Part shown: in pieces, positions 1 through 9,269 of the stretch
Numbering within the stretch: the stretch's first letter is position 1
Layout: the number at the start of each line of letters is the position of its first letter
From: a virus
Length of the DNA: 64,000 bases
IMG/VR virus record: IMGVR_UViG_3300037882_001264
Coordinates: 1-64,000 of that record
Reading direction: 5' to 3' (one strand)
Translations under genes and position numbers: made by a program
Notes under the pieces: generated by a model
Database searches by the model: none
What the model was told of the DNA's origin: nothing
Seen by the model: the letters and a program-made list of their open reading frames with translations, nothing else

Positions 1-2770
1 CCGTCGTGCCAGTCGCGGGAGCCACGACTGGCACGACGGCCACTGCCGCGACCCCGCCACCCAGGCTCAGCGATCCAGTGATCGAGGGCACTACCGTGGC
101 AGCGGTACCACCCAGTGTGATCGACCCTACTGCGGCTGCGGTGGCCTGCGCAGTGGTGGTGCCGCCCAGCGTGATGGAGCCCGCGATGCTGGGCACGATC
201 GTCGTAGCCGATCCGCCGAGCGTGATCGAGCCAGTGACGGAGGGCACCGTCGTCGAGGCAGACCCACTGAGTGTGATCGAGCCGGTGGCAGACGCACGGG
301 CCTGGCCCGAGGTAGAGCCACCGAGTGTGATCGAGCCCGAGGCAGTGACTGGAGTCTGCGCAGCAGCCGACCCACCGAGGGTGATCGAGCCAGTGGCTGC
401 GGCTGCTGCCTGTGCGGAGACCGAGCCGCCGAGCGTGATCGAGCCAGCAGGGGTCGCGGCTGCGCGTGCAGTGGCCGACCCGCCGAGTGTGATGCTGCCC
501 GCGATGGCGGGGATGATGGTGGAGGCGCTGCCCCCGAGGGTGATTGATCCACTGACGGCAGGAACAATCGTCGCAGCGGACCCGCTGAGGGTGATCGATC
601 CACTGACAGCGGGGATGATCGTCGAGGCAGACCCACCGAGCGTGATCGACCCAGTGGCAGACGCACCACTCGTCTGGGCGGACCCACCGAGTGTGATGCT
701 GCCAGACGCAGTAGCGGGTGCCTGTGCAGTGACCGATCCGCTCAGTGCGATGGAGCCGGAGACTGCTGGCACAACCGTTGCAGCGGAGCCGCCGAGGGTG
801 ATCGATCCGGAGGCAGTGGCAGCACCTCGCGCTGTTGCTGATCCCGCAAGGGTGATCGAGCCAGAGGCGACAGCAGCAGCCTGGGCCGAGACTGTTCCGG
901 CAAGGGAAAGCGAACCGGACGCCGACGGCACGACCCAGTTCGCAGTTCCACTCAAGGTGATTGACCCAGCCGCGACTCCTGGCGCGCGGGCTGTTGCTCC
1001 ACCACTCAGTGCGATAGAGCCGGTGATCGTGGGGACCACCCACACCGTGGTGCCGCCAAGTGTGATGCTGCCGCTAGCCGTTGCTGCGGCCCGAGCCGTG
1101 ACCGTCCCGCCCAGGCTCAGTGACCCAGACGCAGTAGCCGCAGCCCTCCCAGTGACTGTGCCGCCAAGGGTGATCGATCCACTGACGGCCTGCACGCGCC
1201 AGTCGGCCGAGCCACCGAGGGAGATCGAGCCGGACGCAGTGATCGCTGCTCGGGCAGCGACAGATCCGCCGAGACCGATCGAGCCGGTCGGCTGCTGGAT
1301 AAGACCTGCGCCGAAGTAGGTGTCGTCAATGTAGTGCGTCGAGCCAGGGCCACTTACCGGGTAGTCGAACTTGAAGTATGGGATCGCCAGCGCAGCAGTC
1401 GCGGGTGCCGTTCCTGTGACGGTGATCCTCGTCCACCCGCCTGTCGTGCTGCTGACGACCGTCCCGGTGCTGGAGGAGATGTACGATCCGCCTGAGGTGT
1501 ACCAGTCGATCCACGCCCCCACGTCGGCGACATTGGTGCCAGCGCGCACATAGGATGTCAGCGTGTAGACAGTGTTCGCCGTGACCGAGTACCCGTCGAG
1601 GGAACCATCGATGCAGGTGTACATGTACATGATGGACGAGGAACTCAGGCCAGCGACAGAGTAGGTCCCGGTACGCGCCTGGGCAGAAGAGCGACTCAGG
1701 GATCCGTTCCCGACAGTCCACGCGCCCAGACTTTCCTCTAGGGTCTGGGTGTCGATGCCAAGTATGTTGCGGCCGACAGCCACGTTCCCTCGCGCGACCA
1801 CCGACCCGCCAAGGGTAATCGACCCAGCGACACTACTGATGCGCCAGTTCGCTGATCCACCGAGGGCGATGCTGCCGGACGCAGTGGCGCGGCCCCGGGC
1901 TGTCGCAGAGCCACCGAGCGTGATCGAGCCGGAGGCTGTCGCGGGAGCCCTGGCTGTAGTCGAGCCCCCAAGCGTGATGGACCCACTGGCAGTCGCAGCG
2001 GTGCTGCCCGCTGTCGCGGTGCCCGAGCCGCCGAGGGTGATCGATCCGTTGATGGCGGGGGTCTCTACCCGCACCATGAGATCATCGAAGTAGAAGCGGT
2101 CATTAGTGTCTGTGAGGGGGACGATTAGGGTGGGGGTGATGAATCGTGCGTTGACGTCAAGGGTGAACAGGCGAGAGTGATATGTCCACTCAGTAGTGGT
2201 GGGCGTGATGTTGTTGAAGTAGGAGTTCGACGCAACCGTTGTCTGGTTCTGCTCCCACTCCTTGATGCCGAACCCAACGCTCTTGCCACTGACATTGGCC
2301 CTTACCCAGCCGGTGAATCTAATCTGGCTCCCACCCACAACTGGGCGCTTGGCCATGGTGCTCGGGTCAATGGCAATCTCGGCGGCTCCGCCACCTGAGT
2401 ACAGCGGAGTAGCCATGATGGAGCCGGAGCCGCTCCGCGCTTGAGCCGTCGTCGTGGTGACGATGACGAGGCCGTCATAGGTCGGTGAGACGTACCAATC
2501 GTAGGGTACGTCGTTCTCGCCAGTAGCCTCATCATCGGTGAGGTAGTTACTTCCGTCCCGGATGTAGATAGACTGGCTAGATGACCCGCCAAGGGTGATG
2601 GACCCAGAGGCAGCGGCTGGCGCCTGTGCCGTGGTCGAGCCACCCAGGCTAAGTGATCCAGTGGGCGCTGCTTGAGCAGCAGCGTTGACCGACCCACCAA
2701 GCGTGATGGAGCCGCTCGCCGTGGCATAGGTGGTGCCACCGTGCGGGAAGCCAAACCTGAACGCGAACAC
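1..2770 (-). CDS. Large virion fibre/decoration protein with ~30 GSITLGGS repeats (17-18 aa period) and two CBM4/9-like carbohydrate-binding domains; runs off the left edge
   Basis: Not in the ORF track because there is no stop in the window. Hand translation from GTG 2770 after an AAGGGGGG RBS gives MFAFRFGFPHGGTTYATASGSITLGGS. The same frame, where checked, gives TAQARSGSGSI...FYFDDL (~2080-2560) and ...HYIDDTYFG (~1310-1790), typical CBM4/9-like ends. Confidence 0.8.
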   Translation of the reverse strand, partial: MFAFRFGFPHGGTTYATASGSITLGGSVNAAAQAAPTGSLSLGGSTTAQAPAAASGSITLGGSSSQSIYIRDGSNYLTDDEATGENDVPYDWYVSPTYDGLVIVTTTTAQARSGSGSIMATPLYSGGGAAEIAIDPSTMAKRPVVGGSQIRFTGWVRANVSGKSVGFGIKEWEQNQTTVASNSYFNNITPTTTEWTYHSRLFTLDVNARFITPTLIVPLTDTNDRFYFDDLMVRVETPAINGSITLGGSGTATAGSTAATASGSITLGGSTTARAPATASGSITLGGSATARGRATASGSIALGGSANWRISSVAGSITLGGSVVARGNVAVGRNILGIDTQTLEESLGAWTVGNGSLSRSSAQARTGTYSVAGLSSSSIMYMYTCIDGSLDGYSVTANTVYTLTSYVRAGTNVADVGAWIDWYTSGGSYISSSTGTVVSSTTGGWTRITVTGTAPATAALAIPYFKFDYPVSGPGSTHYIDDTYFGAGLIQQPTGSIGLGGSVAARAAITASGSISLGGSADWRVQAVSGSITLGGTVTGRAAATASGSLSLGGTVTARAAATASGSITLGGTTVWVVPTITGSIALSGGATARAPGVAAGSITLSGTANWVVPSASGSLSLAGTVSAQAAAVASGSITLAGSATARGAATASGSITLGGSAATVVPAVSGSIALSGSVTAQAPATASGSITLGGSAQTSGASATGSITLGGSASTIIPAVSGSITLSGSAATIVPAVSGSITLGGSASTIIPAIAGSITLGGSATARAAATPAGSITLGGSVSAQAAAAATGSITLGGSAAAQTPVTASGSITLGGSTSGQARASATGSITLSGSASTTVPSVTGSITLGGSATTIVPSIAGSITLGGTTTAQATAAAVGSITLGGTAATVVPSITGSLSLGGGVAAVAVVPVVAPATGTT
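55..1300 (-). repeat. Coding tandem repeat of 51-54 bp units (GSITLGGSA)
   Basis: gtgatcga/gtgatgga core recurs at 117, 171, 222, 273, 327 and onward on the + strand; further units lie at ~1790-2060 and ~2580-2730. Confidence 0.85.
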
Positions 2771-2785
2771 AGTTCGCCCCCCTTG

Positions 2786-3133
2786 TTAGTCGAGGGTGAC
2801 GACGTGCCAGTCGAAAGCGCGACCCGTGCCGACAGTCTGCTTCAGAGAGAACAGACATCCGTAAGCAACCGGGATCGGTACGGTCTGCACTACGGGATCG
2901 GCGACTGCCCCAGAGAAGGTGGCCAAGTACACGAGGTGTGTGGTAGTGCCTGTGATGAGTGAGTCGGTGCTGATGGTCTTGTTGTAGACGCGGATCTCAA
3001 CAACATCCGTCCCAGTAAGGTTCCTGAGATTGACAGTGAGCACACGAGTCTTGGCCGTCGTCGGCGTAAGAAGCGTGTGTTCAGTGCCGATCGTGGCAGT
3101 CTGGGTGTTGACCGACTCGACTACGGGCGCCAT
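2786..3133 (-). CDS. Small virion structural protein
   Basis: ORF restarted at MAPVVESVNTQ after an AGAAGG RBS; Thr/Val beta-rich; tail block context. Confidence 0.65.
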   Translation of the reverse strand: MAPVVESVNTQTATIGTEHTLLTPTTAKTRVLTVNLRNLTGTDVVEIRVYNKTISTDSLITGTTTHLVYLATFSGAVADPVVQTVPIPVAYGCLFSLKQTVGTGRAFDWHVVTLD

Positions 3134-3146
3134 GATCCAGATCCTT

Positions 3147-4004
3147 CTAGGTGAATGCGTGAACAGTAATGCCGAATCCTTGCGAAGCGACAGACGAAGC
3201 GATTCGTGCTGAGATACGCGACCCTGCGGGGATAGCCAGACCGTCAATCGGAACAGTCAGCCCCGGGCCCTGCTGGACGATGAACTCCGTAGCGTCAGTA
3301 GCGAAGAACATGTCGGGCCCTACCTGGGCCTCCGACGCTGCCGCCCCGATCCCGATCTGGACCCTTGCCGTGCTTGCTGTTATCGCCGCTGAGGAGTTGC
3401 CATCCACCCTCACGAGCAGGGCGCGAGTCACACCAGTGGATGATGCGACGATCTGCGTCCACGCACCGAGGGTGTTGATGGTCGCCGAAGCAGTGACGGA
3501 CGTCCCCCTCGAAGAGCCTGTGACTGCCCCATAGGTATTGCAGGTTCCGTAACTCCTCTGCCCCGGCCCCACCGCTCCCCGGTTTGAGGCTGGGACCCCG
3601 ACAACCCTGAGGATCTGCGTCTTAGACGCTACGACCGACTGTGTCCTCACTGCGATCCTAGTTCCGCTGGGTACCGTCAGCGGAATGTATATCCAGTGAA
3701 CTCCGGGACTCGCGCTGTTGTACCCGACGCTCATGTTGGCAAGTTGGACAACCTCAGAGGCAGCCGCGCCCGTCGCGACATCGATGAGCGTCGATGTGTT
3801 AGTGGCGGTGACAAAGTTGCTCGACACAAGTAGCCAGAATCCATCCCATGCGCTTGGGGTGGATGCCACTACCTGGATGTACGAGCCCTTGGTGTTGATG
3901 GTGGCTGATGCCGTAGCGGTGACAGAAGTCGGCCAGGAAGAAGCGAGCGTCCCCGGTTCATGAGGACGCTCGCCTGCCGTCTTGTGGAGCGGCCACCACG
4001 CCAT
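3147..4004 (-). CDS. Virion structural protein with two tandem homologous domains
   Basis: Start MAWWPL. TSVTATASATINTKGSYIQVVAST recurs as TSVTASATINTLGAWTQIVASS; TGAAASEV/IGAAASEA and VPSGTRIAVR/IPAGSRISAR are also duplicated. Confidence 0.7.
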   Translation of the reverse strand: MAWWPLHKTAGERPHEPGTLASSWPTSVTATASATINTKGSYIQVVASTPSAWDGFWLLVSSNFVTATNTSTLIDVATGAAASEVVQLANMSVGYNSASPGVHWIYIPLTVPSGTRIAVRTQSVVASKTQILRVVGVPASNRGAVGPGQRSYGTCNTYGAVTGSSRGTSVTASATINTLGAWTQIVASSTGVTRALLVRVDGNSSAAITASTARVQIGIGAAASEAQVGPDMFFATDATEFIVQQGPGLTVPIDGLAIPAGSRISARIASSVASQGFGITVHAFT

Positions 4005-4006
4005 GG

Positions 4007-4378
4007 TTACGACGCCGTGAGAGAGATGGCACCCGCAGCGATGGTGATGGAAGCAGCCGTGACCGAGGAGCCGAGCGCAGCGCCGATGGCGAACGTGCCA
4101 CCCGCGTAGGTGGCCGAGTTCCACAGACCGACGTGCGTGACCGCAACCGTGCCAGCAGTGGAGAACGTGAGCGCACCGGAGTTCGTGATCGCCGAGGAGG
4201 CGGCAGCGTTCCACGCCACGGCCTGGCGAGCATACGAGCCGGTGTTCGCGTTCTCGTTGGTGCCGGTGGTGCCAGTCGTCGCGGAGTGCAGCGCACAGTG
4301 CGTCATCTGGTTCGTGGAGCCGGTGCCAGCCAGGCCGTTGAGGGCCGCGTTGGCAGCGGTGGTAGAGGCGAGTGCCAT
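4007..4378 (-). CDS. Minor tail/baseplate-associated structural protein
   Basis: YARQAVAW...TNSGALTF...VTHVGLWNSAT..G pattern is common in phage tail-region proteins. Confidence 0.7.
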   Translation of the reverse strand: MALASTTAANAALNGLAGTGSTNQMTHCALHSATTGTTGTNENANTGSYARQAVAWNAAASSAITNSGALTFSTAGTVAVTHVGLWNSATYAGGTFAIGAALGSSVTAASITIAAGAISLTAS

Positions 4379-4381
4379 GGG

Positions 4382-4687
4382 TCAGTCCTCCGTGGTGGCT
4401 GCGGGCCCAGCCGGGGTGTGAACGAAGTCATGCGGCTCGTTCTCGAACATGGGGTGTCCCTCGGCGACGTGGCGCACGGCGATGGCCTCGGCCACCGCGA
4501 GCGCTTCAGCCTCGGTGTCGACCTCGATGACCGCGTCGGTCACGTCGATGGTGGCACCTCCGGGGAGAGTGACGGTGCCGCTGATCGGCCCCGTGACGAC
4601 GACCGACTTGGTCGGGTCGTCCTGCGCGTAGTGGTACAGCGGGGTGCCGTCCTCGTTGGTGCCGAGGCGGGTCTTGATCAGGGTCAT
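4382..4687 (-). CDS. Hypothetical protein (tail block)
   Basis: GAGGAG RBS before MTLIKTRLG. Confidence 0.65.
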   Translation of the reverse strand: MTLIKTRLGTNEDGTPLYHYAQDDPTKSVVVTGPISGTVTLPGGATIDVTDAVIEVDTEAEALAVAEAIAVRHVAEGHPMFENEPHDFVHTPAGPAATTED

Positions 4688-4731
4688 GCGGTTCTCCTCA
4701 GGATGGTGCCGGAAGGGTGGAGGGCGGAAAC

Positions 4732-4760
4732 TTGACAAAGCAGCCTTGTCATGCTATAAC
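4732..4760 (+). promoter_or_regulatory. Near-consensus SigA/sigma70 promoter on the antisense (+) strand
   Basis: TTGACA(4732-4737)-17 nt-TATAAC(4755-4760) with an extended -10 TG. Confidence 0.5.
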
Positions 4761-5183
4761 CCACCGATACTGGATGGTAACGCTCTTCGGTGGGACGCTC
4801 CCCACCGGGGTCACACAGGCGAACTGAATGACGTCCCCGGCCGAGCATGGGTACGAGACGGGGAAGGCCTGGTAGGTGTTCCCCGAGAGCAGCGTCATGA
4901 CCGACCCCAGAGCAACCCCGTTGCGGATCGTCTGGAGCCCGACGTTGGCGTTGCCAGCCTCACAAGCGACTGCGACAGACACCAGGGTGCTGTCCTTGTC
5001 GATCGGGAGGCGTGCGCTGTAGGTCTTCTGCGCGAGCGTGGTGATGCCGCCGAGCACGGTCACGACCTCGTCAGCAGGAGCGGCGGGTCCAGGAGGGCCA
5101 GTGGGACCAGGAGGGCCGAACGCAGCGCCAGGGCCCCCAGTGGGGACTCTGACGAACGCGGTGATGGCCCTGTGGTCAGTCAT
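4749..5183 (-). CDS. Short collagen-like fibre protein; C-terminal domain paralogous to 10297..11556
   Basis: GPPGPTGPPGP followed by YQAFPVSYPCSAGDVIQ, versus [17 protein letters not shown] in the paralogue. Confidence 0.7.
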   Translation of the reverse strand: MTDHRAITAFVRVPTGGPGAAFGPPGPTGPPGPAAPADEVVTVLGGITTLAQKTYSARLPIDKDSTLVSVAVACEAGNANVGLQTIRNGVALGSVMTLLSGNTYQAFPVSYPCSAGDVIQFACVTPVGSVPPKSVTIQYRWVIA

Positions 5184-5189
5184 GGCGGA

Positions 5190-5447
5190 CTACTTCGCCG
5201 CCCAGCCGGTGTTGCCCACGCCGACTTCCTTGACGTAGAGCGTAGTGCCCACGCCACCATCAGTGCGGAGGAAGAGGGTGCCCACCGGAGCGGTGACAGC
5301 AGCCTCGGGCGAGCCATCGCCGAACAAGATCTTCCCGTTGGTCAGGGAAGCCTCCGCGATGCCAGCCTCCATGTGGTTCAGTTTCACGGCTGTGATCGGG
5401 GTAGCGCCGATAGGGTCATCGGCCCAGGTCTGCACGATGTAGGTCAT
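5190..5447 (-). CDS. Small tail-fibre-associated protein
   Basis: GGAGG RBS; PITAVKLNHMEAGI plus the GSPEAAVTAPVGTLFLRTDGG...LYVKE..GNTGW module seen in phage fibre proteins. Confidence 0.7.
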   Translation of the reverse strand: MTYIVQTWADDPIGATPITAVKLNHMEAGIAEASLTNGKILFGDGSPEAAVTAPVGTLFLRTDGGVGTTLYVKEVGVGNTGWAAK

Positions 5448-5455
5448 GGCACCTC

Positions 5456-5493
5456 CTCTACCCATTACGGGCAGCGAGGGGGCGTCCCACAGG
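5456..5493 (-). promoter_or_regulatory. Phage-specific (late-type) promoter
   Basis: CCTGT-21 nt-TAATGGGTAGAG; matches six other copies upstream of structural genes. Confidence 0.65.
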
Positions 5494-5592
5494 ACTGAGG
5501 GCTAGTCCTCGTCGGCGTCCATGGCCAGACCCCAGCGGGAGTCTGCACCGCTGGGTGGGGGAGTCGCCTCGGTGGCGACGATCCAGACAGGC

Positions 5593-6045
5593 CTACCCTC
5601 CATCGGACGCCAGCCTCTCTGTGATCCTGTTGGCAGCCTCGATTGTACGCAGAGAGGACTCGTACGTGTTACCCAGGCTGGCACTATCGTCGTAGTTCTT
5701 GGGGATGATCAGGTCGTAACGGCTCGCGAGGAGCCTCCCGAACGCTCCGATGCTGGCGACGTAGACTCGATCAATCCCCAACTGCCCCTTGGTCCAGAAG
5801 AACAGTTCCTTGAAGATGCCTTGCTGCTGGTAGTCAGCCCTGGTCCAGACAGCGGTCTCGCCACCGGCACACTTGCCTGTGCACGAATCGCACCAACTGC
5901 CCCTATCAGTCCATCGGAGGGACGCCAGTGAGACGCACTCGCCGTCCTCGTTGAGGGCGGCACCGATCGCCTGGTCCGGCGCGTAGAGGCCGACATCCCG
6001 AGTCTCCTGCTCGGTCAGGAGGCGGAAGGAGATCCCGTCTAGCAT
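5593..6045 (-). CDS. GNAT-like acyltransferase
   Basis: VWTRADYQQQGIFKELF resembles GNAT motif A (V..xYxxxGIxxxL); start overlaps the stop of the AMP-binding gene. Confidence 0.55.
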   Translation of the reverse strand: MLDGISFRLLTEQETRDVGLYAPDQAIGAALNEDGECVSLASLRWTDRGSWCDSCTGKCAGGETAVWTRADYQQQGIFKELFFWTKGQLGIDRVYVASIGAFGRLLASRYDLIIPKNYDDSASLGNTYESSLRTIEAANRITERLASDGG

Positions 6046-7328
6046 CGCGCTGCGCCCCACTCATCCATACTGACGAACTCGACCACCTTGGGCGCGTAGG
6101 CGAAGGGGAGCAGTTCGTTGAGCCGGGCGCGGACGACCTCGGGGTCTTCCTGCATGCCGGTGTAGCGCATCTTGATGGCTGCGGAGGCTTTGCCTGTCGA
6201 GGCCACGGTGATCTTGAAGTCGAGCACGCCATCGATTGAGCCCGCTGCGCGGTTGACCAACTCCAGGGGGACGGAGAAGCCGCTCACGCGGACCTTCTTC
6301 ACCTTGCGCCCCACGGGGGTGATGGCGTTGCCATCATGCTCGACGATGTCGTCGATGACGCGATCGGCGCCGTATTCGAGTCCACCCTCGCCATCGTAGA
6401 GCCCCATGATGAACGAGGAGCGCACTGTGAAGTTATCCCCCTCGCTGGAGACGATTGCGACTCCGGGGAGGATCTCGAAGGGGCCTCCGGCGAGCGCGTC
6501 CCTGATACCAATGAGCCCGGCCTCGGTGGTGGCGTAAGCATCCACGATGTGCTCGACGCGCATCGACTCGCGGGCGTAGGCCAACTGCTCCTCGGTGAGC
6601 GGAGCCCCAGAGGATAGGAGCGCTCTAATGCCGGGGATCTCCCCCACGCCTTGCGCCATGAAGCGCTCAAGCATCGAGGGGCGCGCACTGAGCATGGTGA
6701 TCCCATACTTCTGCGCCATAGCGCTAATGACCTCAGTCGAGGGGCGCTCGTTGGTCAGGTAGGTCTTGAATCCCAGCCCCGTCAAGCACAGGAAGACGCT
6801 CGCTGACGCCATCAGCGGGGGCGAGTAGAAGGCCTTGCGGGGGAGATCGCCCGTGACGGCGCTCATGGTCTCCCCCATGCTCTCTGCCGAGAAGGTGAAG
6901 GGGCTGACGAGGCTGACCTTCGGGAGGCCGGTGCTGCCCGACGATGACGACACGATCCCGCCGAAGACGCTCGCGAACTCTCCCTCGGGCCGGTCGAGGA
7001 ACAGGAGCGGGTCGGAGTGGTCGAACTCAGAGCCGTAGCCGATGAAGTCCTCGCACTTCGTCACACGGATCAGATAATCATTGGCCATCCCGTCCATCAG
7101 TGATGCGAGGGGTAGGACATTGCGTCCAGTCGCTGCGACCCCCACCACGAGCGCGAGCCCGTAGATGTTGTTGTCTCCGCGCACGCCGACGATGCCAGCA
7201 TCGGGGAAGGTCTCGTCCACGTAGCGCGCGGTCTTACGGACCAGCGTGAGGAACTCAGCCTTGGTCAGCAGGACGTCGTCCTGCCCGAACACCACCTCGT
7301 CGCTGGCGAACGGTTCGAGGATCTTCAC
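6039..7328 (-). CDS. Adenylate-forming (ANL/AMP-binding, acyl-CoA ligase-like) enzyme
   Basis: SSSSGSTGLPK (A3 loop), LLSSGAPL, YATTEAG (A5), GRKVKKVRVSG (A8); the A10 lysine is not obvious. Confidence 0.8.
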   Translation of the reverse strand: MKILEPFASDEVVFGQDDVLLTKAEFLTLVRKTARYVDETFPDAGIVGVRGDNNIYGLALVVGVAATGRNVLPLASLMDGMANDYLIRVTKCEDFIGYGSEFDHSDPLLFLDRPEGEFASVFGGIVSSSSGSTGLPKVSLVSPFTFSAESMGETMSAVTGDLPRKAFYSPPLMASASVFLCLTGLGFKTYLTNERPSTEVISAMAQKYGITMLSARPSMLERFMAQGVGEIPGIRALLSSGAPLTEEQLAYARESMRVEHIVDAYATTEAGLIGIRDALAGGPFEILPGVAIVSSEGDNFTVRSSFIMGLYDGEGGLEYGADRVIDDIVEHDGNAITPVGRKVKKVRVSGFSVPLELVNRAAGSIDGVLDFKITVASTGKASAAIKMRYTGMQEDPEVVRARLNELLPFAYAPKVVEFVSMDEWGAARC

Positions 7329-7837
7329 AGGGCATCCAATCGTGCGGCGAGAGCCGAGAGCCTGGACTCCAATGCAGCGATCCGGATCTCGTAGTTCAGG
7401 ACTGTCGAGGCGAGGTTCGCCTGGTTGGCACCAGCGACAGACAGCAGCATGCTGTACGCATACGATACCTGCGATAGCACGAGGAAGGCAAGCCGATCGA
7501 TCTCAGGATGGTTGTACGGGTAGTCCCGGTAGGCCAGCAATGCAGTCTGCACCAGCGGGTTCGCGTCCCTGAACTCTGTCGCCGTGACGGCCGAGTCGGC
7601 CGTGGCGCTGCGCAGTGCAGTGAGCGCTGCGTACATCTTCGCGCCGATGTCGTTCCGTGCGTTGATCTCCTCCTGGCTGGCGTCAGGGAAGAAGGAGATG
7701 TACTCGGCGAGTTCGTCATCAGTGCAGGCGCGCGGTGTTCCGAGCGGCTCACCCGATGCGTCCAGGTACTGGATCAGCCTGGTGTTGGTGTCGAAGCGGG
7801 CCCTGTTGCCATCGACTCGTAGCCATTCCCTGATCAT
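7325..7837 (-). CDS. Tail-fibre-associated protein with C-terminal coiled coil
   Basis: TGATG overlap start MIREWLRV; ends EIRIAALESRLSALAARLDAL. Confidence 0.6.
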   Translation of the reverse strand: MIREWLRVDGNRARFDTNTRLIQYLDASGEPLGTPRACTDDELAEYISFFPDASQEEINARNDIGAKMYAALTALRSATADSAVTATEFRDANPLVQTALLAYRDYPYNHPEIDRLAFLVLSQVSYAYSMLLSVAGANQANLASTVLNYEIRIAALESRLSALAARLDAL

Positions 7838-8808
7838 CAGGCACCCGACCCCTTCTTGATGATGATGTTCGGGCCACAGACGGTGCTCCACGTTCCCGCT
7901 GATGCCCCGGAAGCGAACGACGTAGCGTTCTTGCACTGGCCGAGCGGGGAGTAGCCCTGCGCTCCACTAGCAGTGCAGGGAAAGTACGCGGGCTGCGTGA
8001 GCACGTAGTTGTCCCCATTGACGACGAGATCGGGGGAGGATGCCAACTGCCCAAAGACGTCATCCCCGATGTTGTAGTTGTCCCCGCCGAAGGCCACGTT
8101 CTTTAGCCGACCTCGTGCCCCCAGGGGCAGGGCCTCGAAGACGAGGAGCGGCCAGTAGCCCAGGCCGCCTGCAAGAGCCTTGCCAGGGAACAGGTCACCT
8201 AGCGCGACGACATCCTGCACTGCGGGGCGCATCGTGCCCAACTCGCACAACTTGTTCGTCGTCCCGTCAGTACCGCGCTTGACGACGACCGCAGCAGACA
8301 TGCCAGCGACGGGAGGGTTGCTAACGATGGAGTACGCAGCGAGCGAAGTCGCAGCAGCCCTGGTTGATGCCACCACTGCGACGAGGTCTGCCGCGACGTT
8401 GTCGGTCGTGACGTAGGGGATGATCGGAGTCAGCATGACGAACGAGGTCGGGCTTCCGTAGGCTGCATCGGTGGCGCCCACGCCCCCGCCAGCCGGGCCC
8501 TGCACGCGGATGTAGAGGAAGTCCGGCGCGGCCGACACCTCCAGCCCGACGAGGGCACCGTTGACGGTCGAGAGCGCAGTCAGGAGCGTGATGTCGACAC
8601 CCTGCACCACCATGCCGATGTTGCCACGCACGTCCGGGACGGTGTCGGTGAAAGTGATCGTATAGGTGACGCCGCCCGAGATGGACTGGTAGGTCTCCCC
8701 GCTCACCAGAGACCAGCCCGAGTCGGCAGCCGTGAGGATGCTCTTGATGGTCGTGACGATCTCAGAGCCAGTGGCTCCGAGCGTGAGGACCGACTTGCTG
8801 TAAGCCAC
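7837..8808 (-). CDS. Virion structural protein
   Basis: 323-aa ORF, Gly/Thr/Val-rich, coupled to neighbours. Confidence 0.65.
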   Translation of the reverse strand: MAYSKSVLTLGATGSEIVTTIKSILTAADSGWSLVSGETYQSISGGVTYTITFTDTVPDVRGNIGMVVQGVDITLLTALSTVNGALVGLEVSAAPDFLYIRVQGPAGGGVGATDAAYGSPTSFVMLTPIIPYVTTDNVAADLVAVVASTRAAATSLAAYSIVSNPPVAGMSAAVVVKRGTDGTTNKLCELGTMRPAVQDVVALGDLFPGKALAGGLGYWPLLVFEALPLGARGRLKNVAFGGDNYNIGDDVFGQLASSPDLVVNGDNYVLTQPAYFPCTASGAQGYSPLGQCKNATSFASGASAGTWSTVCGPNIIIKKGSGA

Positions 8809-9269
8809 TACTGCTCAGCCCTCTCGTAGGAGTAGTCGGTCCCGAGGTAGACAGTTGCCACCTTAGCGGTGAGGCCGGGTGTGCCCGTATTCAGGGGGTC
8901 GCGACATGTTGCGCCGTACGACGATCCATTGTCGTAGGTCGACGGGATGTAGTTGTACCACGCCCCCGACCTGAGCGTGCTCAGCGGGGCAGACTCCAAC
9001 TTGAGGAAGTCGAGATACCCAGCGAAGCCAGACCGCGAGAACGGGGCGATCGAGGTGATGATCCCACTGCTTACCGCAGCCGCAGTCAGCACGGGCACGT
9101 CCCCCGACACTGGGCGCGCGGCCTGAACGTAGACCTCGATGGACGGCGAGTCCGTCACTGCCCCGGCCCAGTTGCTCACCGATACTCCGAGCCGGGGGAT
9201 GATCCACACCTTCTCGTACTGGACACCGCCAGCGGTGTACTCGTAGGTAGGTGTCGGTGCTCCGCTCAT
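8808..9269 (-). CDS. Virion structural protein
   Basis: 153-aa ORF with overlapping stop/start. Confidence 0.6.
   Translation of the reverse strand: MSGAPTPTYEYTAGGVQYEKVWIIPRLGVSVSNWAGAVTDSPSIEVYVQAARPVSGDVPVLTAAAVSSGIITSIAPFSRSGFAGYLDFLKLESAPLSTLRSGAWYNYIPSTYDNGSSYGATCRDPLNTGTPGLTAKVATVYLGTDYSYERAEQ

Noticed and set aside
55-1300. Regularly spaced 51-54 bp repeats resembling a CRISPR array
   Set aside because: Units are degenerate at third codon positions, have lengths in multiples of 3 and lie in an open frame; no cas genes seen.
6-1319. 437-aa + strand ORF with PPSVIEP repeats
   Set aside because: Antisense shadow of the minus-strand GSITLGG-repeat gene; no RBS, and all neighbouring genes are on the minus strand.
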